Positions 37,333 through 50,866 are shown, numbered from the stretch's first letter. The stretch is DNA of 64,000 nucleotides from Octopus vulgaris (GCA_951406725.2 OX597818.1:23126001-23190000), one strand, 5' to 3'. The notes: a model not told the origin generated them from the letters alone. A program made the numbers and translations.

Positions 37333-37637
37333 TTATCAATCTATCTATTTATCTATCTATCTAATATAACACACACACACACACATATGGGGAGAGAGAG
37401 AGGGAGAGAGAAGGGGAGAAAGAGATTAGTTACAGGATTCTTTTATTTGTTTCAGTCATTTGACTGCGGCCATGCTGGAGCACCACCTTTAGTCGAACAA
37501 ATCAATCTCAGGACTTATTCTTTGTAAGCCTAGTACTTATTTTATCGGTCTCTTTTGTTGAACCGCTAAGTGACGGGGACGTAAACACACCAGCATCAGT
37601 TGTCATACGATAGTGTATGTACGTGTTTATATATATA

Positions 37638-39227
37638 TTTAACGGTTGAAATTAATTAGGGTACAATAGTATGAGTTTGGTACACATTAGGATGGAACGT
37701 CGGAGTCGTAACCAGTTTGTAAGGATGGGTTCTTCGTTGATTGCCTTGTAAAGATGGAAGAATAGTGAATGAAGTTGTGAAGGAAATATTTACTTTACCG
37801 TTACATTATAAAATACCTTGCCTCGACGGGCAGGTGATAAAATCAAAACGCATGCGAAGTAAAGATAGATGTTGTAGATTTTTCATGTGTAGTTTGTGTT
37901 TATGTTCTCGTCATTGTGTAGTAGTAATTGCAGATGGAGATAGAATGATGTAAGAGAAAATAAAGTGACCCAGTGAGAGTCGGAACAAGTTGTCTCGTAT
38001 TGTCGCTGATTGTAAACTTTTTTTCTTCCTCTGGCCGTTTGTCTTTAGTGGTTGCCTGCTTGTGGCCATGATTCTAGCAGTCCGTTCACTACTAATGGTA
38101 GCTCTCTCTAACTCGAGTTGTCACTAACTGACTAACTGCTTTTTACTTGCGGGTCCTTGTTTTTATAACCATTCAGAACGATAGACATATCGTTGAGGAC
38201 AATGACTTCGTTGGTGGTCTATGATATCTTAATTCTAGCTTTTGGTGAAGTAGAAGAAGCTAGAAGTGTCAAGTGGTGAAGATATTATTTTGCTTAGCTA
38301 AGGCATCTGGCAAATGCAAAACTGCTGTCACAGAAAAACTATTGTTTTACCGTGAGAAAAGTTCTGTTGAAGTATTAATTTAAATTTGGCTATGGTGGAT
38401 CGAATCCACTTCATGCCTGCAATAATTCACTACATCACTCCTCTCCCCAATGAGGTTCCTGGAAAGGAAACGAACGATTGAAGGAGAGAAAAAAATGCAT
38501 GGTTGACGAAAAAGTTTGCATATCAGGAGAGAGGATCGTCGAAATGTATAGGGACAGTTTTCTCTTCGGATTAGTTCGAATAGTGGTGACGCTTTGCGTG
38601 CTAAAATGTGTGCAGTCGGTGAATGGGCAGTTCAGTAAATGAGCGCGTGTGTGCGCGTGAGGGCGTATACACGAGTGTAGGTGCACGTTTCGAAATTGAC
38701 TGTAAAATAAGCTCAGGTGAGCGAGTGAATGTATTCTCAATCCATGATATGAAAGATCTTCTTGCAGGGTTGCAGTGTATGAAATGCCTTGAAAGTTTTT
38801 CAGAAATGAAATGTGCCTGATACTGTTGTCGTGGTTAATTGCTGAGGTTAACAAGGAGGACAGTGTAAGCATGCTGGAGTGATGTGCGAGACAGGTAATT
38901 TTCTCTGTTAATAACGTGACGAAACAGGCGTCTAACAGGGGGGAATTATGTCTAAACATGAGCGCAGAGCATGTGAACGTCCGACGAGCTTTGAGTCGGG
39001 AAAAGAATTCAACTGGCACAGAATTGTTGCAAAACAAGGCAGTAGATGCATAACAGAGGTGCGTGTGCATGTGTGCAAAAGGGCTTGCAAGGCTGAGGCA
39101 GAAATGCTTGTGCATTGATTACAAATACAGTGTACAGTATTGAATATGCCACTGATTAAGGCAGTAAAGCTGAGACAGTAATGCTAGTGGACTGATTACA
39201 AATACAGTGTACAGTATTGAATATTCC
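37638..39227 (-). mobile_element. Truncated Gypsy-type element: 3' LTR (37638-38434), polypurine tract and decayed internal region
   Basis: On the minus strand GGGGAGAGGAGTGA directly precedes the LTR start. ORF 38435-39115 contains PVEFFSRL, reminiscent of the RNase H P(I/V)AFFSRKL motif. No TSD. Confidence 0.72.
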
Positions 39228-39955
39228 AGGCGAAAACACCTAAAGCTCCACGATGTTCCGGCAGCGGGTGGTGGCGATCCCTGCTGTACTCTTTCGCCAC
39301 AACTTTCTCTCATTCTTCCTTCTGTTGGCCTGCTCGCTTAGCCAGCGGGGTGGCGTCATTTGAAGCGCATTCTGACCAGCGATGTGGGGAGAATAAATAC
39401 TCTTGGTTGATGTCAGGATGCACTCTAAAACCACTGAGAGTGAGGGGGCCCTAACTGTCGTCGCAGCGTCCTTTTAGGGATACACTGATGCAAAACCTGT
39501 GGTTTCACATGATTACTGGTCATCTCGCTTCGGCCTGTCACGAGGCACTAATCATGAAAACTCAGAGAGTGATTCTCTTGGTGTACAGATGTTTACACTA
39601 TAATCCAGATGTCTCTTTATGTTGATCTCATTCGTCAACCCATCTGCTGAAAGTTCTATGGCAATGAAAGAGTGGCTGTGTATGCAAACCTGATCAATCG
39701 GAAGTGCACAATAAGTTACAACTTTCGTCCGTCACCTATGCTTTCAAACCATGTGGATCTGCAACAAGACTGAATAGTCATCTGGGAGATCATGGGCGGA
39801 CAATGACAAGACCATTGACAATGAGGATGTACAAAGAGATGGCAGTCCTCTTTCAAGATGGAGAAATCAGCAGTATGTGTGTGTGTATGTATGTATGTAT
39901 GTATGTATGTATGTATGTATGTATGTATGTATGTATGTATGTATGTATGTATGTA

Positions 39956-40015
<60 letters not shown>

Positions 40016-40355
40016 AACGAGTATATACTTGCACATCTAGACATGTTCATATATATTTAAATGATAAACTTACTTCTGGAAAGTTTTATAGATTTTTACA
40101 GTTCCACTGATGGGTATGTATGTATGTATGTATTTTATGTATGTATTTGTGCATTTATGCATGTGTCTATGTATTATGTATGTGTGTGTGTGGTCACTAA
40201 AAGTAACTGCAAGATCTTGAAAGTATTCTAAACTAGAGCAAAATTGTTTTCCTTTTAGTGGTGAGGGGACCTATATCATTTGACTCAGTATCTGGTAACA
40301 AGGAATCAGTAAACAATGTTATCAAACTTAATTCAGTTGATATGTTGTTTTCTTT

Positions 40356-41687
40356 GGAATCCGGACAGAAGACCCCTAGGACAAAACCCCCTCGGACAAA
40401 TCCCACCTTAGTTAAAGTGCGAAAGCGGACAACCCCCCCCCCCCGGTTATATTTTCTGATTATTTTTCGTTTTTTCTTTATTTTTTTCGAAATATTTTTT
40501 TACTTGTTTCAACTATTGGACTGCGGCCATACTGGAACACCGCCTTGAGGAATTTTTAGTCGAATGTATCGACCTCTGAATTTGTTTTTTCACTTGTTTC
40601 AGTCACTGGACTGCGACCATGCTGAGGTGCTACCTTGAAGAAGTTTTAATCGACCCCAGGATTTTTAATTTTCTAACTTGTTTCACCCATTAAACTACGG
40701 CCATGCTAGAGCACCGCCTTGAAGAATTTTTAGTCGCAGAAAAATCAGCATTTTAAAATTTAAAAGTCTTTTGTTTTCTTCTCACTGCACTTAGAGATTA
40801 ATGAGAATGAGCTGACCTTTTGAACTTTCTCCGGTTGTTAAAGGTCTAACAGAATTACGGTGCCGAAGGCTAGTCGTTCATACTTCTTATCGGTTCTATC
40901 TTTGTACACATTTCTTGAAGTAAATACTTTCCCTTTTATTAGAATTCAGACAATATGTACATTGAGTAGTAAAGAGTTTTGTGTTCTGTTATTCTATTCT
41001 ACTTATTTATGTTCGATTGAATATATTTTTGTTGCTTAAAAATTGGAATTTTGGAAAATAAAGTTATTTTTTTTACAACTGTGATTTCCGTTTTTGTTTA
41101 TATGAAATTATAAAGAAAAAAAAAATTCGCGAGATTTGACTAAAAAGATATTCTGGGGTCGATACATTCGACAAAAAATTCTCCAAGGCGGGGCCCAACA
41201 TTGGCTGCAGTCTAATGATTTAACAAATACAAAGGTGGGAGGGAGGATAAAATATATCACGGAGGTGATTTTGACCAGGCTTTTAAAAATTCTGGGTTCC
41301 ATGCAGTCATCTAAAAGTTCTTCTAAGTGTGCCCAGTATGGCCGCAGTCTAATAACTGCAACAATTAAAAAGGAAAAAATTCTGGCGTCGATATATTCGA
41401 CTAAAAATTCTTCAAGATGAGGCCCCAGCATGGCCGCAATCTAATGACTGAAACAAGTAAAAAAGAAAAAATTCTGGTGTCGATACGTTCAACTAAAAAT
41501 TCTTCAAGGCGGTACTCCAGCATGACCACAATCTAATGAGTGAAACAGGTGAAAGAAGAAAAAAACGAAAAATAACCGGAAAATATAAGCGAGAGGGTTT
41601 TCTCCACTTTCACACTTTAACTATGGGGGTTTTGTCTGAGGGACTTTTGTCCTAGTGTTTTACTCTAGGGGCTTTTGTCTTATACTC
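40356..41687. mobile_element. Mutator-like (MULE) non-autonomous fold-back element
   Basis: Perfect 9-bp TSD GTTTTCTTT (40347-40355 / 41688-41696); G...C termini; long imperfect TIRs with subterminal arrays of SINE-A tail units. Confidence 0.85.
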
Positions 41688-41999
41688 GTTTTCTTTAGCT
41701 CTTGCTTATCGTAGATGTGATTTTAGAAGTTTAAGAACCGATTTGCTGTCAGTTCAACGACGCCAGCTTCAGTTATCCAATATTATAAGGCAACCAGCAA
41801 ACCTATACGTGTTGTTTGGCCTGCTAGAAATATTAACCAAATCTCGTCAAAGCATTTATGTTATCTAAAGAAAAGAAAAGGCAATTTGAAAAAAAACGAG
41901 GTTAAGAATTGCAAAGTGCCAAAGTTTCTCTGATATAAAGACAACACAACCAATTTACTAGGAAATGTATTGATTTCTTTTTTCTTGGTCATTGGATTA

Positions 42000-42385
42000 A
42001 TGGAAGCACTCCGTCGGTTACGACGACGAGGGTTCCGGTTGATCCGAATCAACGGTACAGCCTGCTCGTGAAATTAACGTGTAAGTGGCTGAGCACTCCA
42101 CAGACACGTGTACCCTTAACGTAGTTCTCGGGGATATTCAGCGTGACACAGAGAGTGACAAGGCCGGCCCTTTGAAATACAGGTACAACAGAAACAGGAA
42201 GTAAGAGTGAGAGAAAGTTGTGGTGAAAGAGTACAGCAGGGATCACCACCATCCCCTGCCGGAGCCTCGTGGAGCTTTAGGTGTTTTCGCTCAATAAACA
42301 CTCACAACGCCCGATCTGGGAATCGAAACCGCGATCCTATGACCGCGAGTCCGTTGCCCTAACCACTGGGCCATTGCGCCTCCAC
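42000..42385 (-). mobile_element. SINE family C, tail type 2
   Basis: Family C head; 14-bp TSD TGGTCATTGGATTA (41986-41999 / 42386-42399). Confidence 0.92.
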
Positions 42386-42925
42386 TGGTCATTGGATTAT
42401 CTATTATGGCAGAGAAAAAGTATGAATGATTGGGCAATCTCACTATATTGCTAGTACATATTTTGTAAATTCTGAACAGGTAACATACAGAGTTTATCTC
42501 GTTGAGATTCGAGCTCCGTATTTAGATCAGCAGTTTCTATCTTTTATCCTCACTTTTATCTGTGACTTACCAATGGAACGTACATGACATTTCAGAACTT
42601 TTCTCCCAGGAATATATTCCTAAGTTACGTACATAATAAAAGTGTTGGAGATTTGTATGTCCCCCGTGGTTTATTATCGTTTATTTTTTGCTTGTTTCAG
42701 TCATTGGAGTGCGGCTATGCCGGGGCACCACTTTGAAGGGTTTTAGTCGAACAAACTGACTCCAGGATATGCTTTTAAAGCTTGGTGCTTATCCTATCGA
42801 ACTCTTTTGCCGAATCGCAATGTTACCGAGAGGTAAACAAACCGACACCGGTTGTCAAGCGGAGTGAGATGGACAAACACAGACACAAATACACACGTGT
42901 GTACATACATACATACATACATACA

Positions 42926-42990
<65 letters not shown>

Positions 42991-43033
42991 CATACATAGA
43001 TACATACATATATATTAATATATATATAAACAC

Positions 43034-43066
<33 letters not shown>

Positions 43067-43070
43067 AAGA

Positions 43071-43950
43071 GCTATGGCCGATTCATAGGGTTACCCAAGG
43101 TTTCACATCCATAAAGCGCTTAACTTTACTTACAAATGTCTCGTTAGACCCTCATGACCGGTGGCCTATAACGTCTCTTCAAAATGGAGGAGAAAAGACC
43201 TCGAGGCTAATTTTCTAACACACAAAGAAGAAAGTTCAAGCCCAATAGATTACTCCCTTAGACCACAATCCGGAATCCATCCTGTCAGCTTGCAGATCCC
43301 AGGTCAAGGGAGTTCTTTAATATCCTCGCCCGTTCCGCTATGCACATCTTACAACATTTGTTCCCGTTGGTGTAGGGACCCGGTTTTTCTAGGATCTTCC
43401 ATGTGATTACATGTGGTGTCCCTTCGTCTTTCAGGCGCCGCGTGGCTGGCCAAGGACATGGCGTAACGTCTTTCCGGGATCCTAAACGAGAATTTGTGTT
43501 TGGAGAAGCGCTACTTGAAGGTGTTTCTGAAACATCCGATATATTTTCGTATGCTGCCGTTAGCGTTGCTACTTCTGCTAATGTTGTTGACGCTGTTATT
43601 TTCGTTGTTGTTGGTGCTGGTGTTGGCATCATTAATGCTGGCGTCGGGGACATCATCGGAGTTGATGTTGACGTTATTGTTGTTGTCGTTGTTGGTGCCT
43701 CCGTTGGTTCTGCTATAACATCGTCGTTGTTGGAGGTGTTGGCAGCGCTATAGTGGTTGTTGTTGTTATTATTTTTAGCATTATCATTAGCGATGGTGGC
43801 GTTGTTATTTATGCTGATGTTGCTGCCGTTACTATTATTACTGCTATTCCTGTTCCTGCCATCGCTGCTGCTTTTAGGGCCAGATACTCCCTAAGCCTCG
43901 TATACGATCTCTTTGTTCTGTTTCTTCAATTCAATTTGTTTTGATGCTCC
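43071..43950 (-). mobile_element. Internally deleted Penelope-like element (C-terminal part of the GIY-YIG domain)
   Basis: ORF 43285-43656 ends LKDEGTPHVITWKILEKPGPYTNGNKCCKMCIAERARIL, matching the PLE W.IL....PY......C.LC..E motif; terminal hammerhead present. Confidence 0.75.
43076..43166 (-). ncRNA. Type I hammerhead ribozyme with G5-to-A substitution (probably inactive)
   Basis: UCAUGAGGGU-CUAACGA-G-ACAUUUGUAAG/UUUAUGGAUGU-GAA-ACC-uug-GGU-A-ACCCUAUGA. Confidence 0.7.
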
Positions 43951-44315
43951 GTGACACATTTTCGCCATGCAGATCGATCTAGGCAATGACTTTCCCAAGA
44001 TGTCAAATTATACTGTAAAGATTTTAGTGATTGCTTCAACTTATCCTTAAGTCTAAGAAATGGTCTTCCTTTACTTGTTGGTCTTACTATAGAATTTTCA
44101 GAATGTGATCGTCATTCATTCGAACAACACGTCCTGTACTGAATTCTCAGTAGCATTCTTTTAAGATTGGAAATATCACATTTTTCTAAGATTTTGATAT
44201 TTCGTAGCTTATCTTGCCTTTTTATGTTGTAGATATTGCGCAGACAGCACATGTGGAAGGGTCGAAGTTCTTTTATATGTCTGTGGTGGAAAGTCCATGC
44301 TTCTGTCCTATACAA
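43950..44315 (-). mobile_element. Degenerate RTE-clade LINE fragment
   Basis: LYRTEAWT...LRPFHMCCLRNI.NIKRQDK..N..ILEKC is an RTE post-RT motif. Confidence 0.75.
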
Positions 44316-45326
44316 ATGTATAATAATGATAACAACAATAACAACAACAACAATAATAATGTTTTCAAATTTTGACACAAAGCCAGCAACTTCGGGGAGG
44401 GGTAAGTCAATTACAACGACCCAGTGTCCAACTATCATTCTATCGACTCAGAAAGGATTAAAGGTAAAGTCGACCTCAGAAGAATATGAACTCAGAACAC
44501 AAGGACGGACGAAATGCCCCTAAGCATTCTGCCAGCTCGCTGCCTTGATGATGATGATGATGATGATGATGATCCTTTCTACTATGGCAAAAGGCCTGAA
44601 ATTTTGTGAGCGGGGACTAGTCAATTACATCGTCTCCAGTGCGTAACTGGTACTTTATTTATCGACTCCAAAAGGATGAAGGACAAAGGTGACCTTTGCG
44701 GAACTTTCCGCCGAGTTCGACTTTGTCTTTCATCTTTTCGAGGTCGATAAATAAAGTACCAGTGAAACTATTGCATTTTAATCTATGGTACAACAGAAAT
44801 ATTAGTCATCTAAAGTTTTGTAAAGATATAGGGTTTGGTGACTAAGTTCATTGAATAATTAATTAGATCGTGTAATTACTTTGTGTTGAACGTACAATCA
44901 ATCGGCCTCTTTATTTTGAGATTTTTGTTTACGTTATTGTTGACTTGCTTATTTGTTCGTATGATGAGAGTAATTATGTAATCAGGAACAATTATCTGAC
45001 GCTGATATGTTTATATCGGAAAATTCTCTGCTACTTGCTTCCGACATTTACGCTATATTTAGTTTTAAAATAAATTGATAAATTGATAGCTAACTTTTTT
45101 CGTTTTTATTTTCGTTTTTTATTTTTATATCCTTTTGATATTTTTAATTCCCCAAAGTAAAAGCAGTTTTCACTCTGAGAACCAGCTTTTAACAATTTGA
45201 CATTTTCATATGCACACACATTGCTTTTTTCGTTTTCTAAACAAAATTCTGAAAAGTGACCTTGACCATGTAGCAATTAAAACCAGCTTAGTGAGTTAAA
45301 CGAATGAAGATATGTTAGTTGTCTAC

Positions 45327-45485
45327 GAGTGGCTGCGTGGTAAGTAGCTTGCTTACCAACCACATGATTCCGGATTCAGTCCCACTGCGTGGCACCTAGG
45401 GTTAGTGTCTTCTACTATAGCCTCGGGCCGAACAATGCCTTGTGAGTGGATTTGGTAGACGGAAACTGAAAGAAGCCCGTCGTAC

Positions 45486-45557
<72 letters not shown>

Positions 45558-45771
45558 GTGTGTGTGTGTGTTTGTGTGTCTGTGTTTGTTCCTCAACATC
45601 GCTTGACAACCGATGCTGGTGTGTTTACGACCCTGTAACTTAGCGGTTCAGCAAGTGGGACCTATAGAATAAGTACTAGGCTTACAAAGAATAAGTCCTG
45701 AGTTTGATTTGCTCGACTAAAGGCGGTGCTCCAGTATGGCCGCAGTCAAATGACTGAAACAAATAAAAGAA
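45327..45771 (+). mobile_element. SINE family A with internal (TATC)n
   Basis: Full head-to-tail homology to 34114-34527. Confidence 0.9.
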
Positions 45772-46158
45772 TATATGGGTGCTTTTACATGGGTATTTAT
45801 TCGTTTTCGATACCCTCATGAGAATTTCTGCTGGCCGAATAGTTAGGGTTGTTGGCAAGAAGCAGTTAGCAATCCAGCATCATGGTTTCACAGTATTCCA
45901 GGCAGAGTCTAAACGGTCCAGGCAATCGATATGCGAATATAAAACGCAGGAAGGCGTAGTTCATCAGTGTATGTGTGTGTGCGTGTGAAGGGCTTTCATT
46001 CAGTTTCCGTCTACTAAAACCGCAAGGTATTTGTTGGCCCGGGACAATAGTAGGCATAAGTGCAGGAAGGAAATTTGCTATTGGGTGCAAACTCAAGTCC
46101 AAAACTTTTTGCAAACATGGTCAATTTTTTTTCAATCTTAATATCTAAGCCAACACTA

Positions 46159-46757
46159 AGGCGGCGAGCTGGCAGATTCGTTATCGCACTGGACAAAATG
46201 CATAGCGGCTTTTCATCAGTCTCTATGTTCTGAGTTCAAATTCCGCCGAGGTCGACTTTACCTTTCATCCTTTCGGGGTCGAAAAATAAGTTCCAGTTGA
46301 ACACTGGGGATCGATGTAATCGACTTATCATCTTCCTGAAATTCCTGGCCTTGTGCCAAAATTTGAAATCAATATCTTAACAAAACACGCCGGGTGAAAT
46401 GCTTAGTGGTATTTCGTCTACCGCTACGTTCTGAGTTCAAATTCCGCCGAGGTTGACTTTGCCTTTCATCCTTTCGGGGTCGATTAAATAAGTACCAGTT
46501 ATGCACTGGTGTCGATATAATCGACTTAATCCGTCTGTCTGTCCTTGTTTGTCCCCTCTATGTTTAGCCCCTTGTGGGTAGTAAAGAAATAGGTATTTCG
46601 TCAGTCTTTATGTTCTGAGTTCGAATTCCGCCGGGGTCAACGTTGCTTTTCATCTTTTCGAGGTCGATAAAATAAGTACTAGTTGAACACTTGGGTTGAT
46701 ATGCTCGACTTTCCTCCTCCCACGAAGTTGTTGGCCTTGCGCCAAAATTTGAAACCT
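46159..46757 (+). mobile_element. Three tandem or nested SINE family B units
   Basis: GTTCTGAGTTC(A/G)AATTCCGCCG core repeated at ~46227, 46428 and 46612. Confidence 0.85.
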
Positions 46758-46776
46758 ATTGTAAAAGAAATACATG

Positions 46777-47611
46777 TGTAACGGTTAAGCTTTTAGTTGA
46801 AGTCGAGGGTCACGAATTGTAACGGGAGATATTAATTAGTAAACAATAACATGAAATGTCGAAGTCAGCAGTTGTTGTGATAAAAAATTTGTTGTTATAA
46901 CGGCATGTTGTAGGATGTGAAAGATAAACAATGCATGAAGTTTTTAGAAAGTATTTATTAACCGTTACGTTGAAAAATACCTTACCTCGACGGGCAGGTT
47001 ATAACATCCGAGAACATGCGAAAGAAAGTTAGATGTGGTAGTATTGTATTTTTGTATAGTTTTGTGTATACGTTGTTAGCAGTAATCCACAGATAGCGAT
47101 AGAATGCTGTTGCAAGAGAACAGAATTAGAGCTAGTGAAAGTTGTAGGGTTGTGAGACGTTGTCTCACAGTTTGCTGACAGTAAATTTCATTTCTCTCGC
47201 TGACCATTGTCTTTAGTAGCTGCCTTCCTTGCGATCATGATTCTAGCAGTCCGTTCCCTAACTAATTGAGATGTCACGAGCCGCCTCGCTCAGTTGTCAC
47301 CAAGTGACTACTTAGTTTTTGCTTAGGGGTTCTTGCTTTTATAACTATCCAGAAGAATAGACATATCGTTGAGAACATGGGCCTCGTTGATGGTACTGTG
47401 ATATCTCTATTCTAGCTTTTGGTGAAGTAGAAGTTATAAGGGTCAAGTGGTGAAGACATTATTTCGGCCTAGCTAAAGGCAATCTGACAAATGTTAAACT
47501 GCCGTCACCGCAAAAACTATTGTTCCACCTTGAGAAAAGTTCTGTTAAACTGTTAATTTAAATTTGACTATGGTGGATCGAATCCACTTCATGCTTGCAA
47601 GATTCACTACT
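46777..47611 (-). mobile_element. Solo LTR family 1
   Basis: TSD CATG on both sides; homology to 18975-19751. Confidence 0.88.
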
Positions 47612-47627
47612 CATGTATAATAATAAC

Positions 47628-47685
<58 letters not shown>

Positions 47686-47687
<2 letters not shown>

Positions 47688-48147
47688 CATACTCTGGGAT
47701 ATGCCGATACACACAGATAGAGAAATTAAGGCCAACAGACCAGATATAGTTGTCAGAGAAAATGAAGAAAAAAATGCTTTCTAATTGATGTATCAATACC
47801 GGCAGATGACAACGTGTCTCTAAAAGAAATGGAGAAACTCTCAAAATATAAAGACCTGGAAATAGAGGTAACCAGAATGTGGAATCTAAAAACAGAAACA
47901 ATTCCTATCATAATAGGTGCATTAGGCATGGTAAAAAAATATTCAGACAAATACATAACAAAAACACCAGGACTTACAAACACATATAACATACAGAAAA
48001 TTGCACTACTAGGCACTGCACACATCCTACGCAGAACACTTTCCATACAATAACCATCAGAGCATCACAACAAATCACAGCACATACCCAAGGCACACAG
48101 AGCTGCGCTCGGTAGTGAAGTGAAAGCACGCTATAAAAATAAAACTA

Positions 48148-48150
<3 letters not shown>
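47686..48150 (+). mobile_element. 5'-truncated Dong/R4-clade non-LTR retrotransposon (restriction-like endonuclease domain) in (TAA)n
   Basis: ILWDMPIHTDREIKANRPDIV...LIDVSIP...EKLSKYKDL...PIIIGALG...QKIALLGTAHILRR (PD..D RLE), with one frameshift; (TAA)n on both sides. Confidence 0.9.
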
Positions 48151-48208
<58 letters not shown>

Positions 48209-48215
48209 GTTGTTG

Positions 48216-48250
<35 letters not shown>

Positions 48251-48269
48251 ATTATTATTACATAAAAGA

Positions 48270-48337
<68 letters not shown>

Positions 48338-49314
48338 TTGTAACGTACGGATTTAATTCATACGTCGGGGTTACCTATCGTAGCGTACGGATGTAAAGTT
48401 TACTTGATGTAGAAATAGCGATTCTTATTCTGCGTCGGAGTCGCTGTACGTAGATAGTCGAAAGTAGGATGAGACAGCGTAGTGACAACATCGAAGATAA
48501 AAGAACCTGTTGGGGATGTTCGAGAACAAAAGAACGAATATCCTTTATCTAGCTTAAACTTAAAATGACCTGTCCGATTCTACTTACACAAAGAAACTAA
48601 GATAAAAGAGATAGGTGACCTCGTAAATCTCCAAGTCCTGAAGGCGGAAAAAGAAAAAAATATATATTAAAATCTAGGTCACAGTTTAGATTCTTAACTA
48701 TGAATCCAGCAAACCATGTCTTAAATATTTGTACATCAATAAAATCAGATAAATCCAAATGTAATGTTTGAAATCAGTTCAATAATGGTTCTACGCTCGA
48801 TTGTTTTGGCGATGAAATTTTTCAGGAAGATGTCCAAAGCGGTTTTCATTGCCTCTAAAATATTTCTGAGGTGTGCTTTTAGCCCCTGTGCCCCCTGTTC
48901 TCGAGCTCATGATAGTAGAAGACCCTTGCCCAAGGTGCTATACAGTGGGGCTGAACCTGCAACATGGTTGCAATGCGGGCTTCATAACTACACAATCATA
49001 TCGGTGCCTCCACTTTGTGGAATTTTCTTGGACAAGAATAGGAGTAACTATCAGAGACGATTTTCTTGTAGTTTTTTCTCTCAAAATTTATATCTAATGC
49101 CATATGATTACCCCCCTCGAATAGATTGTTTTGATTTGTACGTCAAAAAACAGTCTACATAAGTTTATAGTTAAATCACCGACAAGCTAACAACCTGCAA
49201 CATCTTAAGTGATTCAAACAACACTTGACTCTTTCCACACAATAGGGTGATTTTGTCTGCAATGTTATTGATATGTGTATGAAAATTTAACCAGAAGGTT
49301 ACAATGGGGAGTTC

Positions 49315-49729
49315 GGATCTTTTCGGTTTGAACGGTAGTTTTTTAAAATGATTTCCACGAAACTAAACACTTATAAACTTCGAATACTGGTAGAGTGTGT
49401 TTATAAAACATCTTTTCCTCTTGGCTTTATTGAGAAAATTCTATAGTTTGTAAGATATTTGTTGTTGTTTTTCTTTAATTTCTGCAATTTCAACCAATCA
49501 ATGACGTCTATTGAGGTAAAAAAAACATTCTGTGCCATATGAATGTCCCTCGTTTAAGAAACAGATTGGGTTTATTTACATTTGTGAAGAAAAAAAAGAT
49601 ACCCTTCCCCCACCCTAACCCTAGCCCTAAAACAGATTGAAATGCAATAGATCGATACTAGGGTCATAATTATGGGTGACAATTTCATGACACCGCTAGA
49701 AAAAACTGCCGTTCAAATCGAAAAGATCC
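49315..49729. mobile_element. Merlin-like MITE
   Basis: ~30-bp TIR GGATCTTTTCGGTTTGAACGGTAGTTTTTT; perfect 8-bp TSD GGGAGTTC; internal CCCTAACCCTA. Confidence 0.85.
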
Positions 49730-50866
49730 GGGAGTTCTTTTTAATTACTTTCTTTCGGGTTTTTTCATGGGTAAATAACACGTTGCGGTGTCATTACTTT
49801 ATCTTTCAATATTCTCATACGTAGATTTATGTGGATCTATTCCATCTCAATTACAGATTTTTTAATTAATTTTTTTTTAACTAAACAGTTTGAAACTTCG
49901 TGATTGAGATTGAATAGATCCTATGTGGATCATAGATCCATTTATGTTTTCATGAATATGCTATTTGAATTCATGACCCTAATCATTTCATTTATATGAA
50001 TATATATCCTTAAGCTGGATTTACCAATGAGCTATTGTGATTTGAAGATTGTTGCTCTATCCAGTAAACAACCCAGAGCTAATAAAACCTGAAAGACAGA
50101 CGTTTTTAACACCTTTCAGTGTGTTTAAAATCACAGACATAATCTTTCATACACGAACAAGCACACGCACACATGCACAGTGTAAGGAAAGTAGTTTAAT
50201 CTGGGTATAATAAGTAAAAATTAAGTCAAGAAATAAAAGAAGAGATTTATTATACTAATAACCGTATAGTATAACGTACTAAACAACCTTATTACTTCTA
50301 CAACGAAAAAAATATAAAAAGAAATGATACAAAGGTAAATACATACTTCCGAAATCTTTTATGCTAATTTAAAGCATAAATGAATATATATAGTATAGAT
50401 GGAGATAACGTGACAGGGGTTGGCTCGCCCCAGGTGACAATTCTGTGAGTACGGCTTTCTTATGTATGTTGTATTAGCCTGTATAAGTTCGGAGGCCTGG
50501 GTGCGTGGACTACAAATTGAAGGACTGCGCCAGGTGGTACGCACACCTAACTAAGCCACTGGGTTTATTCAGAGGGTCAGGAGAGAGGAGAAAGCAACTG
50601 AAATGTGAGTGCAAATAGGCCAACAGAAATGAGTATCACAGGTTTTGTGTCACTTGTTTAAAGGAAGTAAAGCACAAATTGTAAAAACAGAAATCGCGTC
50701 GACGTCCATGACTAACATACTCTGAATACACGCAATTTCTAATATTTTTGGACCAACTAGGAAGAACAGCCAAATCTCCATTAAAACTACACCCTACTAT
50801 GAAAAGGGAAGGACACACTGAACAATATAGTGTCTGTGTGTGTATATATATATATACACACACACA

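Noticed and set aside
42310-42385. tRNA-like sequences in SINE heads (also 26350-26424, 34450-34527, 52920-52991)
   Set aside because: A and B boxes are present, but there is no complete cloverleaf and they run into SINE bodies, two with TSDs; not tRNA genes
48339-48683. TG...CA-bounded segments (also 50181-50640) as solo LTRs
   Set aside because: LTR-like composition, but no matching TSD and no second copy in the window
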